Origin: Macrostomum lignano
Taxonomy: Eukaryota
DNA: 64,000 bases
Assembly (NCBI GenBank): GCA_002269645.1
Contig: NIVC01000083.1
Coordinates: 400,214-464,213, forward strand
Direction: 5' to 3'
The notes under the pieces are model-generated. The model made no database searches. It was not told the origin of the DNA and was given only the letters and a program-made list of their open reading frames with translations. Shown piece after piece: positions 11,570-41,831 of the stretch. The stretch's first letter is position 1. Each line of letters starts with the position of its first letter. The position numbers and the translations under genes are program-made.

Positions 11570-13589
11570 TAGGTACTGATTTTTGTGCCAAAGGCACTCA
11601 TTTTAATAACAAAGGCATAATATTTTGGCACATTGAAGAAAAATTATTGATTACCACAAAAGGTCACAAGGTGAGATGGGGCTAGGGAGATAAAGCTTTT
11701 ATTAGGGGAGATAACTCTACCTCCCAATATAGTAATGTGCTTACATTAGATGCTGTCTACCATTATCAAGGCCAAAATATCAAATGACCCTTGCTTGAGT
11801 ACAATTAGATTAGATGGCATGGCTAGGCCTATTTTGTAATTAGTTTTATATAATAAATTATTTCTAGTTAAAATAATAATAACTACTATAATAGTAAAAA
11901 TAATAACCTTTTAAGCTTAGTAAGTAATAGAATAATAAAAAACAAATTTAATATTATTGAATACCTAGTTTTATTTAAATGCATATAAACAATTTTAGGC
12001 AATTAGACCTATTTAAATATAATTCTAATTATCTTTTTATAGTTTGCCTATATCCTATTTTTGCTGTCTTTTAAATTTTAGGCCCAGTGCTTTTATAACT
12101 ATATAAAGTACCTATAATACTTAAATACTAAAATGGGTGCTTGTAGCAACAAAAAAGTGCCTATATTGCCAAAATGAGTGCTTACAATGCTAAATTGAAA
12201 GCTTGCAATGCCAAAATGAGTGCTTGCGGTGCCAAAAAGAGGTGCCTATGGCATTAAAATGAATAGGCCTAGGCCTATCTATAACTGCAAGCTGTAGCAC
12301 CAAAATCAGTAGTGATAAAATGATTCTCAAAATAATAAAAATGAAGCCTGAAGGAATTTAGTCATGGGATAGGCCTATACAGGTTGAATTCTTTGCTTTG
12401 TCTCTCCTACCATAAAATCCATGGTAATGTCCCTAACATAGTATAATGACATTGTATTAGAGAAATTTGCTAGGGCCTAAGATATTGGCAATGGCAATGG
12501 CATAGAAAGACAAACACAAGAATCTAGACAAGAAATAGTTTCTAGATAATGGGGCCTAAAATAGGCCTAGGCTCTAAAAAGGGATACTTGATACTAATAG
12601 TTGATAGCTACTAGGTGCCATAGGTGGTTAAATCTTTCTAATTTCAATGATAGGACCTAGCCGCCTAGGCCTAGCTAAATTTGGCAACAAAGTTACTGAC
12701 CACTGACTGACCCATAAATTCTATACCAGCCAAGTTTTGGTTTAAAAAATTGCATTGATTTGATAGCTTCATATATATCATGTTGGCCAACACTAGGCCC
12801 TAACAGCCACAGGAATTTGGCTAGGCCTATCTGTATAGTAGGGCCTACTCTAGTCAAAATCAAACAAAAACTATGAAGCAACAAAATGCTAAAGTTAAAA
12901 ATCTAAACAAATAATTGAAATACGATAGGCCTATGTAGTGCACAGATTCAAATACATACAGGACAGGAGTTGAAGATACAACACTGTCACTGACTGACAG
13001 TCAGTAGGCCTACCTATGTATGTATGTATATTATATTGACTCTAGCTACTATCAAGTTGTTGATGAGATGTTTGATTTTTTAATCTAACCGATTACTTTA
13101 TGTATGTATGGACAGAATTATATGCCTAATTATGCCTACCGGCGGCGGGCGGTGGCTATACAGAGAAAAGAATGTAAAATATCGAATTCGTTTATGATTT
13201 CAGGACTCAATGAAAAAAAAAATTTTTGTATTTTTTGTTTACATTTTAAAACAAAACTAAACGGACGCCCTAGTTAGATAGAATTACTTAGCTTAAATCC
13301 CCGTTTTAGGTTTAATAATAGTTTTTTAAACAGATTTTGAAGACCGAGAAGGCAAGCCTGCGCGGCAAATTCTCTGCACTAAGCTCACGTTCATGTATAC
13401 GGCGGTCTCTCATGCTTGGATATCCAGGACAGAATTTTCACTCACTTGGTTAGTCCTTGACCCAATGAATGTTATTTTTAAGCTTACCTTACACTCAATT
13501 TTTCGTTAGTACCAATTTCATGTCATAAATATGCAGAGTACACGTATAGTATATAAGTGTGTATGAATTATATCCATGCATGTCCCTGA

Positions 13590-14670
13590 TCGTCCTTCGA
13601 GCCTATACCGGCGGGTCCCGCAGCAGCTAATCGACGCTGTCATGTCGCTGTTTTGTGATACTCGAGCTGCTGTGGTGACGGCGGACGGCCTGTATGACCT
13701 GTTCGACACCTTATCAGGAGTTCTGCAGTTGACACACTATCGCCGTTCCTCTTTGTGCTACTGCTGAACTGGATGGTTCGGACCCACTCCCCTCGGCTGA
13801 CGACGGCTTCCTGCTGCGCCAACGGCCTCGCCCTCCTGTCCTCGTTCGTCGAAGGTGCCCAGCGCGCCAGATCGATCGCAGGCTGCTGGTCGAGGTGGCA
13901 TCGAGCGTCGGTCTGTCATGGTTACCCGTCAAGGGTCCATGAGAATTGCCCGCAGACAAATTGCCCGCCGAGATTTGCCCGCAGGAGATTTGCCCGTGGA
14001 GATTTGCCCGCCGAGCTTCTCCCGCGGAGATTTGCCCGCAGTGCATTTTGCCCGTGAGCGAATTGCCCGTGGAGATTTGCCCGCCGAGATTTGCCCGCAG
14101 TGCCCAGCGAGCGAGCGAGTTGCCCTTAATTTGCCCGCGAGCGAGTTGCCCGCCGAGTTTTTTCCCACCGAGGTTTGCCCGCAATGCTTTCTTACTGCAG
14201 CGCATTTGGCAGCTAGATTCTGTCTGCATTGCCCCCCCCCCCAAAAAAAATATGCATTTGATATGCAGTTACTATCAAAACGTTTTGATCGTGTTAATCT
14301 CTTTATTAAGATTTAAATGTACTAAGCATTGGGAAGGCAATGCAGACAAAATCTGCCGCGTGGCTAAATGCGCTGCAGTAAAAAACCATTGCAGGCAAAC
14401 CTCGGCGGGAAAAAACTCGGCGGGCAACTCGCTCGCGGGCAAAATGCACTGCGGGCAAATCTCCGCGGGAAAAGCTCGGCGGGCAAATCTCCACGGGCAA
14501 ATCTCCTGCGGGCAAATCTCGGCGGGCAATTTGTCTGCGGGCATTTCTCGTGCTCCCCAAAACGCTGTCCGACCGGCAGAGGGCTCGGCTGTGACAGGCG
14601 GTGGTCGAAACCGTCCTGCTATATAACGCCGAAACGTGGACGCTGACGGCTACTGTACATGTAGCTGGAG
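13590..14670 (+). pseudogene. Degraded non-LTR retrotransposon (RTE-like) reverse transcriptase fragment, split by a foldback insertion
   Basis: Frameshifted translation gives VPQQLIDAVMSLFCDTRAAVVTADG..FDTLSGVLQ/DTLSPFLFVLLLNW..ADDGFLLR/LALLSSFVEGAQR..VEVASSVGLS (13590-13930) and LPKTLSDRQRARL/AVVETVLLYNAETWTLT (14553-14650). The GVLQGDTL and LLYNAETWTL motifs are LINE RT/thumb-like. The YADD segment is deleted. Confidence 0.8.
13938..14552. mobile_element. Foldback/MITE-like element with arms built of GAGATTTGCCCGC repeats
   Basis: The left arm (13938-14240) is the reverse complement of the right arm (14322-14552) apart from an extra ~90-bp block. AT-rich ~80-bp spacer. No clear TSD. Confidence 0.8.
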
Positions 14671-14689
14671 CGTCAGTAGAGAAGGAAGA

Positions 14690-15392
14690 GAAATAGAGAA
14701 GAGAATATAGGAGAAGAGAGGACGAGAGGAGAAGAGAGGACGAGAGGAGAAGAGAGGACGAGAGGAGAAGAGAGGACGAGAGGAGAAGAGAGGACGAGAG
14801 GAGAAGAGAGGACGAGAGGAGAAGAGAGGACGAGAGGAGAAGAGAGGACGAGAGGAGAAGAGAGGACGAGAGGAGAAGAGAGGACGAGAGGAGAAGAGAG
14901 GACGAGAGGAGAAGAGAGGACGAGAGGAGAAGAGAGGACGAGAGGAGAAGAGAGGACGAGAGGAGAAGAGAGGACGAGAGGAGAAGAGAGGACGAGAGGA
15001 GAAGAGAGGACGAGAGGAGAAGAGAGGACGAGAGGAGAAGAGAGGACGAGAGGAGAAGAGAGGACGAGAGGAGAAGAGAGGACGAGAGGAGAAGAGAGGA
15101 CGAGAGGAGAAGAGAGGACGAGAGGAGAAGAGAGGACGAGAGGAGAAGAGAGGACGAGAGGAGAAGAGAGGACGAGAGGAGAAGAGAGGACGAGAGGAGA
15201 AGAGAGGACGAGAGGAGAAGAGAGATGAAATCGGCGAGGAGAGAGAAGGGAGAGGACAGAAGAGAGAGGGGAGGGAACAGGAGAGGAGAGGAGAGGAGAG
15301 AAGACAGAGAAGAAAGAATGGAGAGGAGAGAAGAGGAGAGGAGAGGAGAGGAGAGGAGAGAGGAGAGAGGAGAGGAGAGAGGAGAGAGGAGA
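14690..15392. repeat. Purine-rich array: 18-bp unit GAGAGGACGAGAGGAGAA (~28 copies), then (GAGAG)n
   Basis: Directly visible; source of the spurious SSLLL and ER-rich ORFs. Confidence 0.95.
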
Positions 15393-15454
15393 GGCGCAAG
15401 CCTTGAGAGAGCATCCGGCTCTCTCACAGAGCTATTGCAAAGTTTCAAAGGACC

Positions 15455-15509
15455 CCGAGGGCCGGATGGAGAGGCATGTGGCCCACAGGCCGGAGTTAGC
15501 CGACCCCTG
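15455..15509 (-). mobile_element. Solo terminus of a hAT (Charlie-like) element
   Basis: Reverse complement CAGGGGTCGGCTAACTCCGGCCTGTGGGCCACAT resembles the Charlie-type end CAGGGGTCGGCAAACTACGGCCCGCGGGCCA. No partner end seen. Confidence 0.5.
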
Positions 15510-16094
15510 ATTTGCAATGTAAATTTAATTTGCAGCCAGTTCCGTTTGACATTTTAGCTACATGTACATTTACTAGAAGTAGTGCGCATAGAAAATATAT
15601 TCTAAATTTGTCAAATTCAGTAGCTATATGCGCACGTTCGAATATAGCAATGAGGCTTGATAATATTTTAAATGAGATACACTGTATCTGTTTCTACGAA
15701 AGGACCCAGCTCACACTCAAGTAGAAGCAGAATGCTATCCTTTAATTACTATTTGATTTGCATGCGCAGAGTCTATAGAAAGTCTTTCTAGACTTTAATC
15801 TTGTTTATCAGTTGACAGTACCAAAGCTTTATCTAGATTCATTAGAAGATTTTAGCAGCGAGTTTTAAATTCAATTTTGTTGTCAGCGGCATGCGCTAGC
15901 TCCGTTTTGATAAAGTTTATGTTTAGTGCATGCTATTGCAATGCTTGACTGCTTGTGTGTCCATTAATTATACTGTTCTGTGGAATAAACAGAAGCTGAT
16001 CGAGGAGTTAGGGCTATCAACTGTTAGCAGTGAGCATTAGAAGGTCAAAGGGAGAAGGGAGAATTTACGAGCGTCCAGTGACAGTCTGGAGGCT

Positions 16095-16586
16095 TGGGGG
16101 AGAATTGTGGTGACAATCTGAAGGATTAAGGGGGAATTGCGGTGACAATCTGAAGGATTAAGGGGGAATTGCGGTGACAATCTGAAAGATTAAGGGGGAA
16201 TTGCGGTGACAATCTGAAGGATTGGGGAAGGAATTGCGGTGACAATCTGAAGGATTGGGGAAGGAATTGCGGTGACAATCTGAAAGATTGGGGAAGGAAT
16301 TGCGGTGACAATCTGAAGGATTAAGGGGGAATTGCGGTGACAATCTGAAGGATTGGGGAAGGAATTGCGGTGACAATCTGAAAGATTAAGGGGGAATTGC
16401 GGTGACAATCTGAAGGATTAAGGGGGAATTGCGGTGACAATCTGAAAGATTAAGGGGGAATTGCGGTGACAATCTGAAGGATTGGGGAAGGAATTGCGGT
16501 GACAATCTGAAGGATTGGGGAAGGAATTGCGGTGACAATCTGAAGGATTGGGGAAGGAATTGCGGTGACAATCTGAAGGATTGGGG
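16095..16586. repeat. 32-bp minisatellite GAATTGCGGTGACAATCTGAARGATTRRGGRR (~15 copies)
   Basis: Direct tandem repetition, with two interleaved variants (TAAGGGG / TGGGGAAG). Confidence 0.95.
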
Positions 16587-17111
16587 ACTTTCAAAAGAGG
16601 GAATTCAAATGACCAGAACTTCATGGCACTAAACAGAGCGCTTGATAAAAATTGAAATTTGAGATAATTCTACACACACGGGATCATTGCAGCTTGCATT
16701 GAGAAGTGCTCAAACGTAAGATTTTCTCACGTCATCATGCTCAATATAGATAGGAGGGTAAATACAGACTGAAAGCTCGAATTTCTCTGTAGACTCTTAC
16801 CCCCCACCCCCCCTTAATAGCCAGGTGGCACATGGGTCACCTTTTCTCTAATAGTATAATAATTGTGCTCCGGCTCTGTGCAGCATATCTCTGCTTTACT
16901 TGCTTGCGGCAGTTGCTTGACAGACTGCAGTTATAGCGGTCTGCAAACTGCCACTTCAGCTATTTTCTGGGGTGGGGTGGTGGTGTAGGGTGCAGCTGAG
17001 AGACAGACCGGCAGTCAGTTGGGGCGCAAGGACACCTTAAACTGCAGATCTAGACAAGGAAACAGGGGCCTTTAGCTGTTTTTGTTTGACTGTAGAATAG
17101 CTTGACTTATC

Positions 17112-18198
17112 TTGGCGCCCCTCTTGCAGTAGCTTTGGCGCCACTTGCAGTAGCTTTGGTGCCACTTGCAGTAGCTTTGGTGCCACTTGCAGTAGCTTTG
17201 GCGCCACTTGCAGTAGCTTTGGTGCCACTTGCAGTAGCTTTGGTGCCACTTGCAGTAGCTTTGGCGCCTCCTTGCAGTAGCTTTGGCGCCCCCTTGCAGT
17301 AGCTTTGGCGCCACTTGCAGTAGCTTTGGCGCCCCCTTGCAGTAGCTTTGGCGCCACTTGCAGTAGCTTTGGCGCCACTTGCAGTAGCTTTGGCGCCACT
17401 TGCAGTAGCTTTGGCGCCACTTGCAGTAGCTTTGGCGCCCCCTTGCAAGCTTTGGCACCCCCTTGCAGTAGATTAATTTGGCGCCCCCTTGCAGTAGATT
17501 AATTTGGCGCCCCCTTGCAGTAGATTAATTTGGCGCCCCCTTGCAGTAGATTAATTTGGCGCCCCCTTGCAGTAGATTAATTTGGCGCCCCCTTGCAGTA
17601 GATTAATTTTGCGCCCCCTTGCAGTAGATTAATTTGGCGCCCCCTTGCAGTAGATTAATTTGGCGCCCCCTTGCAGTAGATTAATTTGGCGCCCCCTTGC
17701 AGCAGATTAATTTGGCGCCCCCTTGCAGTAGATTAATTTGGCGCCCCCTTGCAGTAGATTAATTTGGCGCCCCCTTGCAGTAGATTAATTTGGCGCCCCC
17801 TTGCAGTAGATTAATTTGGCGCCCCTTGCAGTAGCTTTGGCGCCCCCTTGCAGTAGATTAATTTGGCGCCCCCATGCAGTAGATTAATTTGGCGCCCCTA
17901 TGCAGTAGATTAATTTGGCGCCCCCATGCAGTAGATTAATTTGGCGCCCCCATGCAGTAGATTAATTTGGCGCCCTAATGCAGTAGATTAATTTGGCGCC
18001 CCCATGCAGTAGATTAATTTGGCGCCCCCATGCAGTAGATTAATTTGGCGCCCCCATGCAGTAGATTAATTTGGCGCCCCCTTGCAGCAGATTAATTTGG
18101 CGCCCCCATGCAGTAGATTAATTTGGCGCCCCCATGCAGTAGATTAATTTGGCGCCCCCTTGCAGTAGATTAATTTGGCGCCCCCATGCAGTAGCTTT
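17112..18198. repeat. GGCGCC-core minisatellite: 21-bp unit (to ~17460) switching to a 26-bp unit
   Basis: GGCGCCACTTGCAGTAGCTTT changes to GGCGCCCCCTTGCAGTAGATTAATTT. Confidence 0.95.
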
Positions 18199-18499
18199 GG
18201 CTTTCCAGACTGTATCTTTAGAACTCCCCGGTCTGAGGGTCTGATAGCTCTCCAACTCTCACCCTCGGTCTCTGCCTGTCCCTGAGAAAATAGTGTTGTT
18301 GATTAGCGTTTTACTGGTGGCATGCGTGTTGACACAAGTATAATTTATTATGCCGTTAAATTTATTATGCATATGTATAAACTGCGCAATGTTGTTCAAG
18401 AATTTTTTTAAATTATGGCTGTAGCGGAGCGCCAAATGTATTCTCACCAACTCTCACTCCACCTCTCACTGTCTCGCCTCACCTTATCTCGCTCCACCT

Positions 18500-18501
18500 C
18501 T

Positions 18502-18564
<63 letters not shown>

Positions 18565-18686
18565 ACTTGCCCTGACGAAGAAATATAAAGAAATATAATA
18601 ATCTCGAAACATCGGCAATTCAATTAAACTGACTTTCTTCAGTCCTTTGTACCGTTACCGTGTCAGTGCCTGAGATTGGAGGTGCC

Positions 18687-18724
<38 letters not shown>

Positions 18725-18897
18725 TCTCTGTGTGTCTCTCTCTCTCTCTGTCTCTCTCTCTCTCTGTCTCTCTCTCTCTGTCTCTCTCTCTCTCTGTCTC
18801 TCTCTCTCTCTGTCTCTCTCTCTCTGTCTCTCTCTCTGTCTCTCTCTCTCTCTGTCTCTCTCTCTCTCTGTCTCTCTCTCTCTCTGTCTCTCACTCC

Positions 18898-18979
<82 letters not shown>

Positions 18980-19051
18980 ATCTCTCTCTTCCTCTCTGTC
19001 TCTCTCTCTGTCTCTCTCTCTATCTCTCTCTTCCTCTCTGTCTCTCACTCC

Positions 19052-19115
<64 letters not shown>

Positions 19116-19188
19116 ATCTCTCTCTTCCTCTCTGTCTCTCTCTCTGTCTCTCTCTCTATCTCTCTCTTCCTCTCTGTCTCTCTCTCTG

Positions 19189-19264
<76 letters not shown>

Positions 19265-19649
19265 CTGTGTGTCTCTCTCTCTCTCTGTCTCTCTCTCTCT
19301 CTGTCTCTCTCTCTCTCTGTCTCTCTCTCTCTCTCTGTCTCTCTCTCTGTCTCTCTCTCTCTCTGTCTGTCTCTCTCTTTGTCTCTCTCTCTCTGTCTCT
19401 CTCTCTGTCTCTCTCTCTCTCTGTCTCTCTCTCTCTCTGTCTCTCTCTCTCTCTGTCTCTCTTTCTGTCTCTCACTCTCTCTGTCTCTCTCTCTCTCTGT
19501 CTCTCTCTCTGTCTCTCACTCCCTCTCTGTCTCTCTCTCTCTCTGTCTCTCTCTCTCTCTGTCTCTCTCTCTATCTCTCTCTTCCTCTCTGTCTCTCTCT
19601 CTGTCTCTCTCTCTCTCTGTCTCTCACTCCCTCTCTGTCTCTCTCTCTG

Positions 19650-19730
<81 letters not shown>

Positions 19731-19847
19731 CTCCCTCTCTGTCTCTCTCTCTGTCTCTCTCTCTATCTCTCTCTTCCTCTCTGTCTCTCTCTCTCTCTCT
19801 GTCTCTCACTCTATCTCTCTCTTCCTCTCTGTCTCTCTCTCTCTCTG

Positions 19848-19880
<33 letters not shown>

Positions 19881-19923
19881 GTCTCTCACTCCCTCTCTGT
19901 CTCTCTCTCTCTCTCTCTGTCTG

Positions 19924-19954
<31 letters not shown>

Positions 19955-20015
19955 ATCTCTCTCTTCCTCTCTGTCTCTGTCTCTCTGTCTCTCTCTCTCT
20001 CTCTGTCTCTCTCTC

Positions 20016-20059
<44 letters not shown>

Positions 20060-20149
20060 TCTGTCTCTCACTCCCTCTCTGTCTCTCTCTCTCTCTCTGT
20101 CTCTCTCTCTCTCTGTCTCTCACTCCCTCTCTGTCTCTCTCTCTCTCTG

Positions 20150-20182
<33 letters not shown>

Positions 20183-20219
20183 ATCTCTCTCTTCCTCTCT
20201 GTCTCTCTCTCTCTCTCTG

Positions 20220-20252
<33 letters not shown>

Positions 20253-20349
20253 ATCTCTCTCTTCCTCTCTGTCTCTCTCTCTCTCTGTGTCTCTCTCTCT
20301 GTCTCTCACTCCCTCTCTGTCTCTCTCTCTGTCTCTCACTCCCTGTCTG

Positions 20350-20384
<35 letters not shown>

Positions 20385-20424
20385 TTCTCTTTCTCTCTCT
20401 CTCCCTGTCTGTCTCTCTCTCTTT
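18500..20424. repeat. ~1.9-kb (CT)n/(CTGT) polypyrimidine microsatellite with a unique island at ~18563-18687
   Basis: Directly visible; source of the SLSL/RERE ORFs. Confidence 0.97.
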
Positions 20425-20802
20425 CACACACGCACAAAACTACTGCACTGAAATACAACTAAGTAATTAGTCGTCAAGGAAGTTTTATCTTGTGGAATAA
20501 AAAAATCAGATCAACTATAAACCAACACGGTTCGGCTGAAGCTCTGGCATTTGGGCTGACTGGTCCCTCAGTCTCTCTAACCCTGACTCCACACTGCAAC
20601 TGCCTGAATCTGAAACTTCCTGAGCAGCCAGAGGGTGGTTGAGTGAAGATTCTCATTGGTTCTGGGCCAAGGGGCAGGGTGGGCCATACGCTATATGAAT
20701 GCAGCATTTAGGTAAGTTGCAGGTAAGAACGACCTGCAAGACGGCAACGCAAAGAAGCAGAGAATCAGGCCATGCTACTAGTAAATCTACTTTGATAAAT
20801 TT

Positions 20803-20816
20803 GCAGCCATAGCAAC
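20803..20816. promoter_or_regulatory. X-box-like motif (GTTGCTATGGCTGC on minus), 87 bp upstream of the AGBL ATG
   Basis: One perfect half-site (GTTGCT-AT-GG). Its position fits RFX control of a ciliary gene. Confidence 0.45.
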
Positions 20817-20902
20817 CAAGGTCAAGGCGAGCTTCAATGCGAGAGTCTAACCGTACAAAATCAGCAAATTGATTTGCAGTAATCGAATAGTTTTTTTAAA
20901 TC

Positions 20903-38047
<17,145 letters not shown>

Positions 38048-38194
38048 CCTTTCGATACAACATATCGTTGTTGAAATGGCAGTAAAAATGTGATCAAATA
38101 TCGATTCTACATCTATATTGGAAAAAATAAATGCAGCAGGACCGTATGAATCAAGCAAAAATTTTCTAGCAATTATGGATGGATGTAGAGCCCC

Positions 38195-38675
38195 TATGAG
38201 TAGCGCTCCCTATCAGTAGCCCTGTAGCCCCCATCAGTAGCCCCCTATCAGTAGCCCCCATCAGTAGCCCCCTATCAGTAGCCCCCCATCAGTAGCCCCC
38301 TATCAGTAGCCCCCCATCAGTAGCCCCCTATCAGTAGCCCCCCATCAGTAGCCCCCTATCAGTAGCCCCCCATCAGTAGCCCCTTAGCCCCCATCAGTAG
38401 CCCCGTAGCCTCCATCAGTAGCCCCGTAGCCCCCATCAGTAGCCCCGTAGCCCCCATCAGTAGCCCCGTAGCCCCCATCAGTAGCCCCCCATTAATAGCC
38501 CCCTCCATCAGTAGCCCCCCATCAGTAGCCCCCATCAGTAGCCCCCCATCAGTAGCCCCCATCAGTGCCCACCCCATCAGTAGCCCCTATCAGTAGCCCC
38601 CATCAGTAGCCCCCCATCAGTAGCCCCCATCAGTGCCCACCCCATCAGTAGCCCCCATCAGTAGCCCCCATCAGT
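38195..38675. repeat. 13-15-bp minisatellite ATCAGTAGCCCCC(C)
   Basis: About 30 copies with interspersed shorter units. Confidence 0.93.
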
Positions 38676-39194
38676 TCTTTGCCAGTAATCGACTTAGGAA
38701 AATGTACTGTCAAAAAAACAAATACTGTGGGTTATTAATTGTACGTTCAATTAATTTTCAGCTGCCCCAACTAAGAGAACGACACAGTTAAAGCTGTTAT
38801 CCAATCGAAAAGGTTCCTAATAAATTAACTATTTTTAATAATTTCCTTATTGAGTTTTGATTAGTCACATGCAGTTTGATTAATTGCACAGCGATAATTT
38901 TGCACCTTAACGAGTATGGCTCTTATTTGTTTTCTAGCCCAGATAGCTCGTAATTGCCGTGTCTTCTTGTTTATAAAGTTTTCTCATATTTTCAAAAAAA
39001 AGTTTGATTAAATATAACCGCAAATATTTTGCTCATTTTCTAAAAATATTGGCGCAGTCACTATACTCAACAAAACACTGCATAGTGATCGCGGTTCGGA
39101 TATAAACACAGAGTTTAGAAGTGCGCACCACTTGTTGATATTCTCACCGTTTTATCTGGTAACAAGGTCGCTGAGGATTTGGCAAAATGTTTCA

Positions 39195-40205
39195 CTTGTG
39201 TAAACTGCGAGCCTTCAATTGTGTGAACTTTGGGGTTCTTATTGTGTAAACTGCGAGCCTTCAATTGTGTGAACTTTGGGGTTCTAATTGTGTAAACTGC
39301 GAGCCTTCAATTGTGTGAACTTTGGGGTTCTAATTGTGTAACTGCGAGCCTTCAATTGTGTGAACTTTGGGGTTCTAATTGTGTAAACTGCGAGCCTTCA
39401 ATTGTGTGAACTTTGGGGTTCTAATTGTGTAAACTGCGAGCCTTCAATTGTGTGAACTTTGGGGTTCTAATTGTGTAAACTGCGAGCCTTCAATTGTGTG
39501 AACTTTGGGGTTCTAATTGTGTAAACTGTGAGACTTCAATTGTGCGAACTTTGGGGTTCTAATTGTGTAACTGCGAGCCTTCAATTGTGTGAACTTTGGG
39601 GTTCTAATTGTGTAAACTGCGAGCCTTCAATTGTGTGAACTTTGGGGTTCTAATTGTGTAAACTGCGAGCCTTCAATTGTGTGAACTTTGGGGTTCTAAT
39701 TGTGTAAACTGCGAGCCTTCAATTGTGTGAACTTTGGGGTTCTAATTGTGTAAACTGCGAGCCTTCAATTGTGCGAACTGTGAGACTTGAATTATGTGAA
39801 TTTTGAGGCTTCAATTGTGTGAATTGCAGGGCTTCAATTGTGCGAACTGTGGGGGGCTTCAATTGTGTGAACTGTGAGACTTCAATTGTGCGAGCTGTGA
39901 GACTTGAATTATGTGAAGTGTGAGGCCTCAATTGTGTGAAATGTGAGGCTTCTATTGTGTGAACTGTAGGGCTTTAATTGTGTGAGCTGTGGGGGGCTTC
40001 AATTGTGTGAACTGTGAGACTTCAATTGTGCGAAATGTGAGGCTTCAATTGTGTGAAATGTGAGGCTTCTATTGTGTGAACTGTAGGGCTTTAATTGTGT
40101 GAACTGTGGGGGGCTTCAATTGTGTGAACTGTGGGGGGCTTCAATTGTGTGAACTGTGAGCCTTCAATTGTGTGAAGTGTAAGGCTTCAATCGTGTGAAT
40201 TGCAG
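39195..40205. repeat. 46-bp dimeric repeat (two 23-bp subunits) grading into diverged 21-23-bp monomers
   Basis: TTGTGTAAACTGCGAGCCTTCAA + TTGTGTGAACTTTGGGGTTCTAA to ~39760, then TTCAATTGTGTGAACTGT.. variants. Confidence 0.93.
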
Positions 40206-41831
40206 GGCTTCATTTGTGGGTGAATTACGGGGCAATTATCGGGTTTCAGTTTGAATTAAACAGCAACAATTTAAACAATTTCAGCTCTCCTTTCTGAGCC
40301 AGTCCGACACCTTTGGGCCACACGTCATTCCTAGGCCAGTAAGCTCGGTCTATTGTTCTCAATTTATTCAGCAACCTCGTCAATTTTCGGGCTCATCTGT
40401 TCCGATGAGTCGTCAAAGTGTCTGTCAAATGCGGTGCACAGCTCAGCGCAATCTAATTAGTCAGAATCGTCAAAAATAAGATTATCGAAATGTTTTGATT
40501 TTGTTTAACGCATCCATACGAAATCGAATTATTAAATTAATATCATAGTAATTTAATTACAAAAATTTAAATCCTTGGCCATCTATCCAATACTGTCGGT
40601 GTGCATGCTTGTTTCTCTCAGTCTATAGGGAAATAGACTTTTGTATGCCATATTTGCTCTATTTTACTTCCAAGGCTCTTTGTATACATAAGACACTACT
40701 ATCTACGTATTACTTATTCCCTCCCTAGTCTCTGAAATAAAGTAGCTAATGCCTTGCTATCATCCTTTAACTTTGTTGATTTTAATGACCCTAAACTGAC
40801 TAAACTAAAACTAAAACACTTGCAAGTACTACGATCGTATGTACAAGTACAAGCGTCGGTTTTGTCAGTGTCTTTCACTTTCACGCGAGAGAAAACAATT
40901 TAATGTACTTTAATTAATTTTACTAATAAAGTTTTTTTTAACGACTCATCTAGGAGTAAATAAAAGGAAAATGTATTGGTGTACTATTAGTAAGTGTTTT
41001 TTCATTCTTTATCAGTTTATCAGTCGTGTTGCGTATTCACCGATTAAGAAAGAGAGCTTACAGCGACCTTGATTCGTTCATTAAGCCAGGGCTAGGTAAT
41101 AAAACCATTTTATTTGTTTCGTTTAACACTGCAGTATAACGGCGACGGGACTTGACCCCCCCCCCGGCTTTTATGCACGCGCTTGAAGTTCACACGCACC
41201 CAGTCAGCCCCAACTCCTTTTTGACAAGCGGGCTTGTTAGTTAGGGGGTTTCGGGGGCCAGGGCTAATTTAAAAAAAAGCCCAGCCAATCAGAGGCGGCA
41301 TAGGGTGAGACTCGTCCAGCGTCATGTATGTACATTTAGATTGTACACCCAAAGCCTGACCGCCTGAAACAACAAACTCAGCCAACCTTGGATGAAATAA
41401 AGCCTTCATTTTTATTGGCTTATTTTTTGGCTGTCTTACCTGGCTCACTAAACTGACTCTTGAAAAAACATATTAGAAGACATTATACGACTTTGTTTCA
41501 ATGTTTTGACTGTCGTGACGTGACGCCTATTCGTAGGAACTGTGTATGTAAGTTGCCATTTTTGCTAAAAGCTACCTCTAATAAGGCCTTCATGATGGCC
41601 TTCATGTCTGCTTGATAAAGCAACGAAGCTACCATACCAAACCAAACATGTCTTAGCATGATGCGTTCTTAGACATAAAAAATTGAAAAATGGGTGAAGC
41701 ACCATGTTGCATGTATAAAATAATCTAAAATTCCCATTCAAACGTGTATACGAACATATGGCTAATTCGTTTAACACAACAGGTGACAAAACAGACTCTG
41801 GAGAGGACTCATAAGGACACAAACCAGTGGC

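Noticed and set aside
14306-20470. Long SL/ER/SSLLL/APKLLQ ORFs
   Set aside because: Products of micro- and minisatellites; the same applies to ORFs over 7.7-8.4, 30.9-31.8, 45.3-49.5, 57.5-58.2 and 60.6-61.3 kb.
41220-41250. Helitron 3' end (hairpin ACAAGCGGGCTTGT followed by TAGT)
   Set aside because: Hairpin too short, no proper CTAG spacing, and no matching 5' end.
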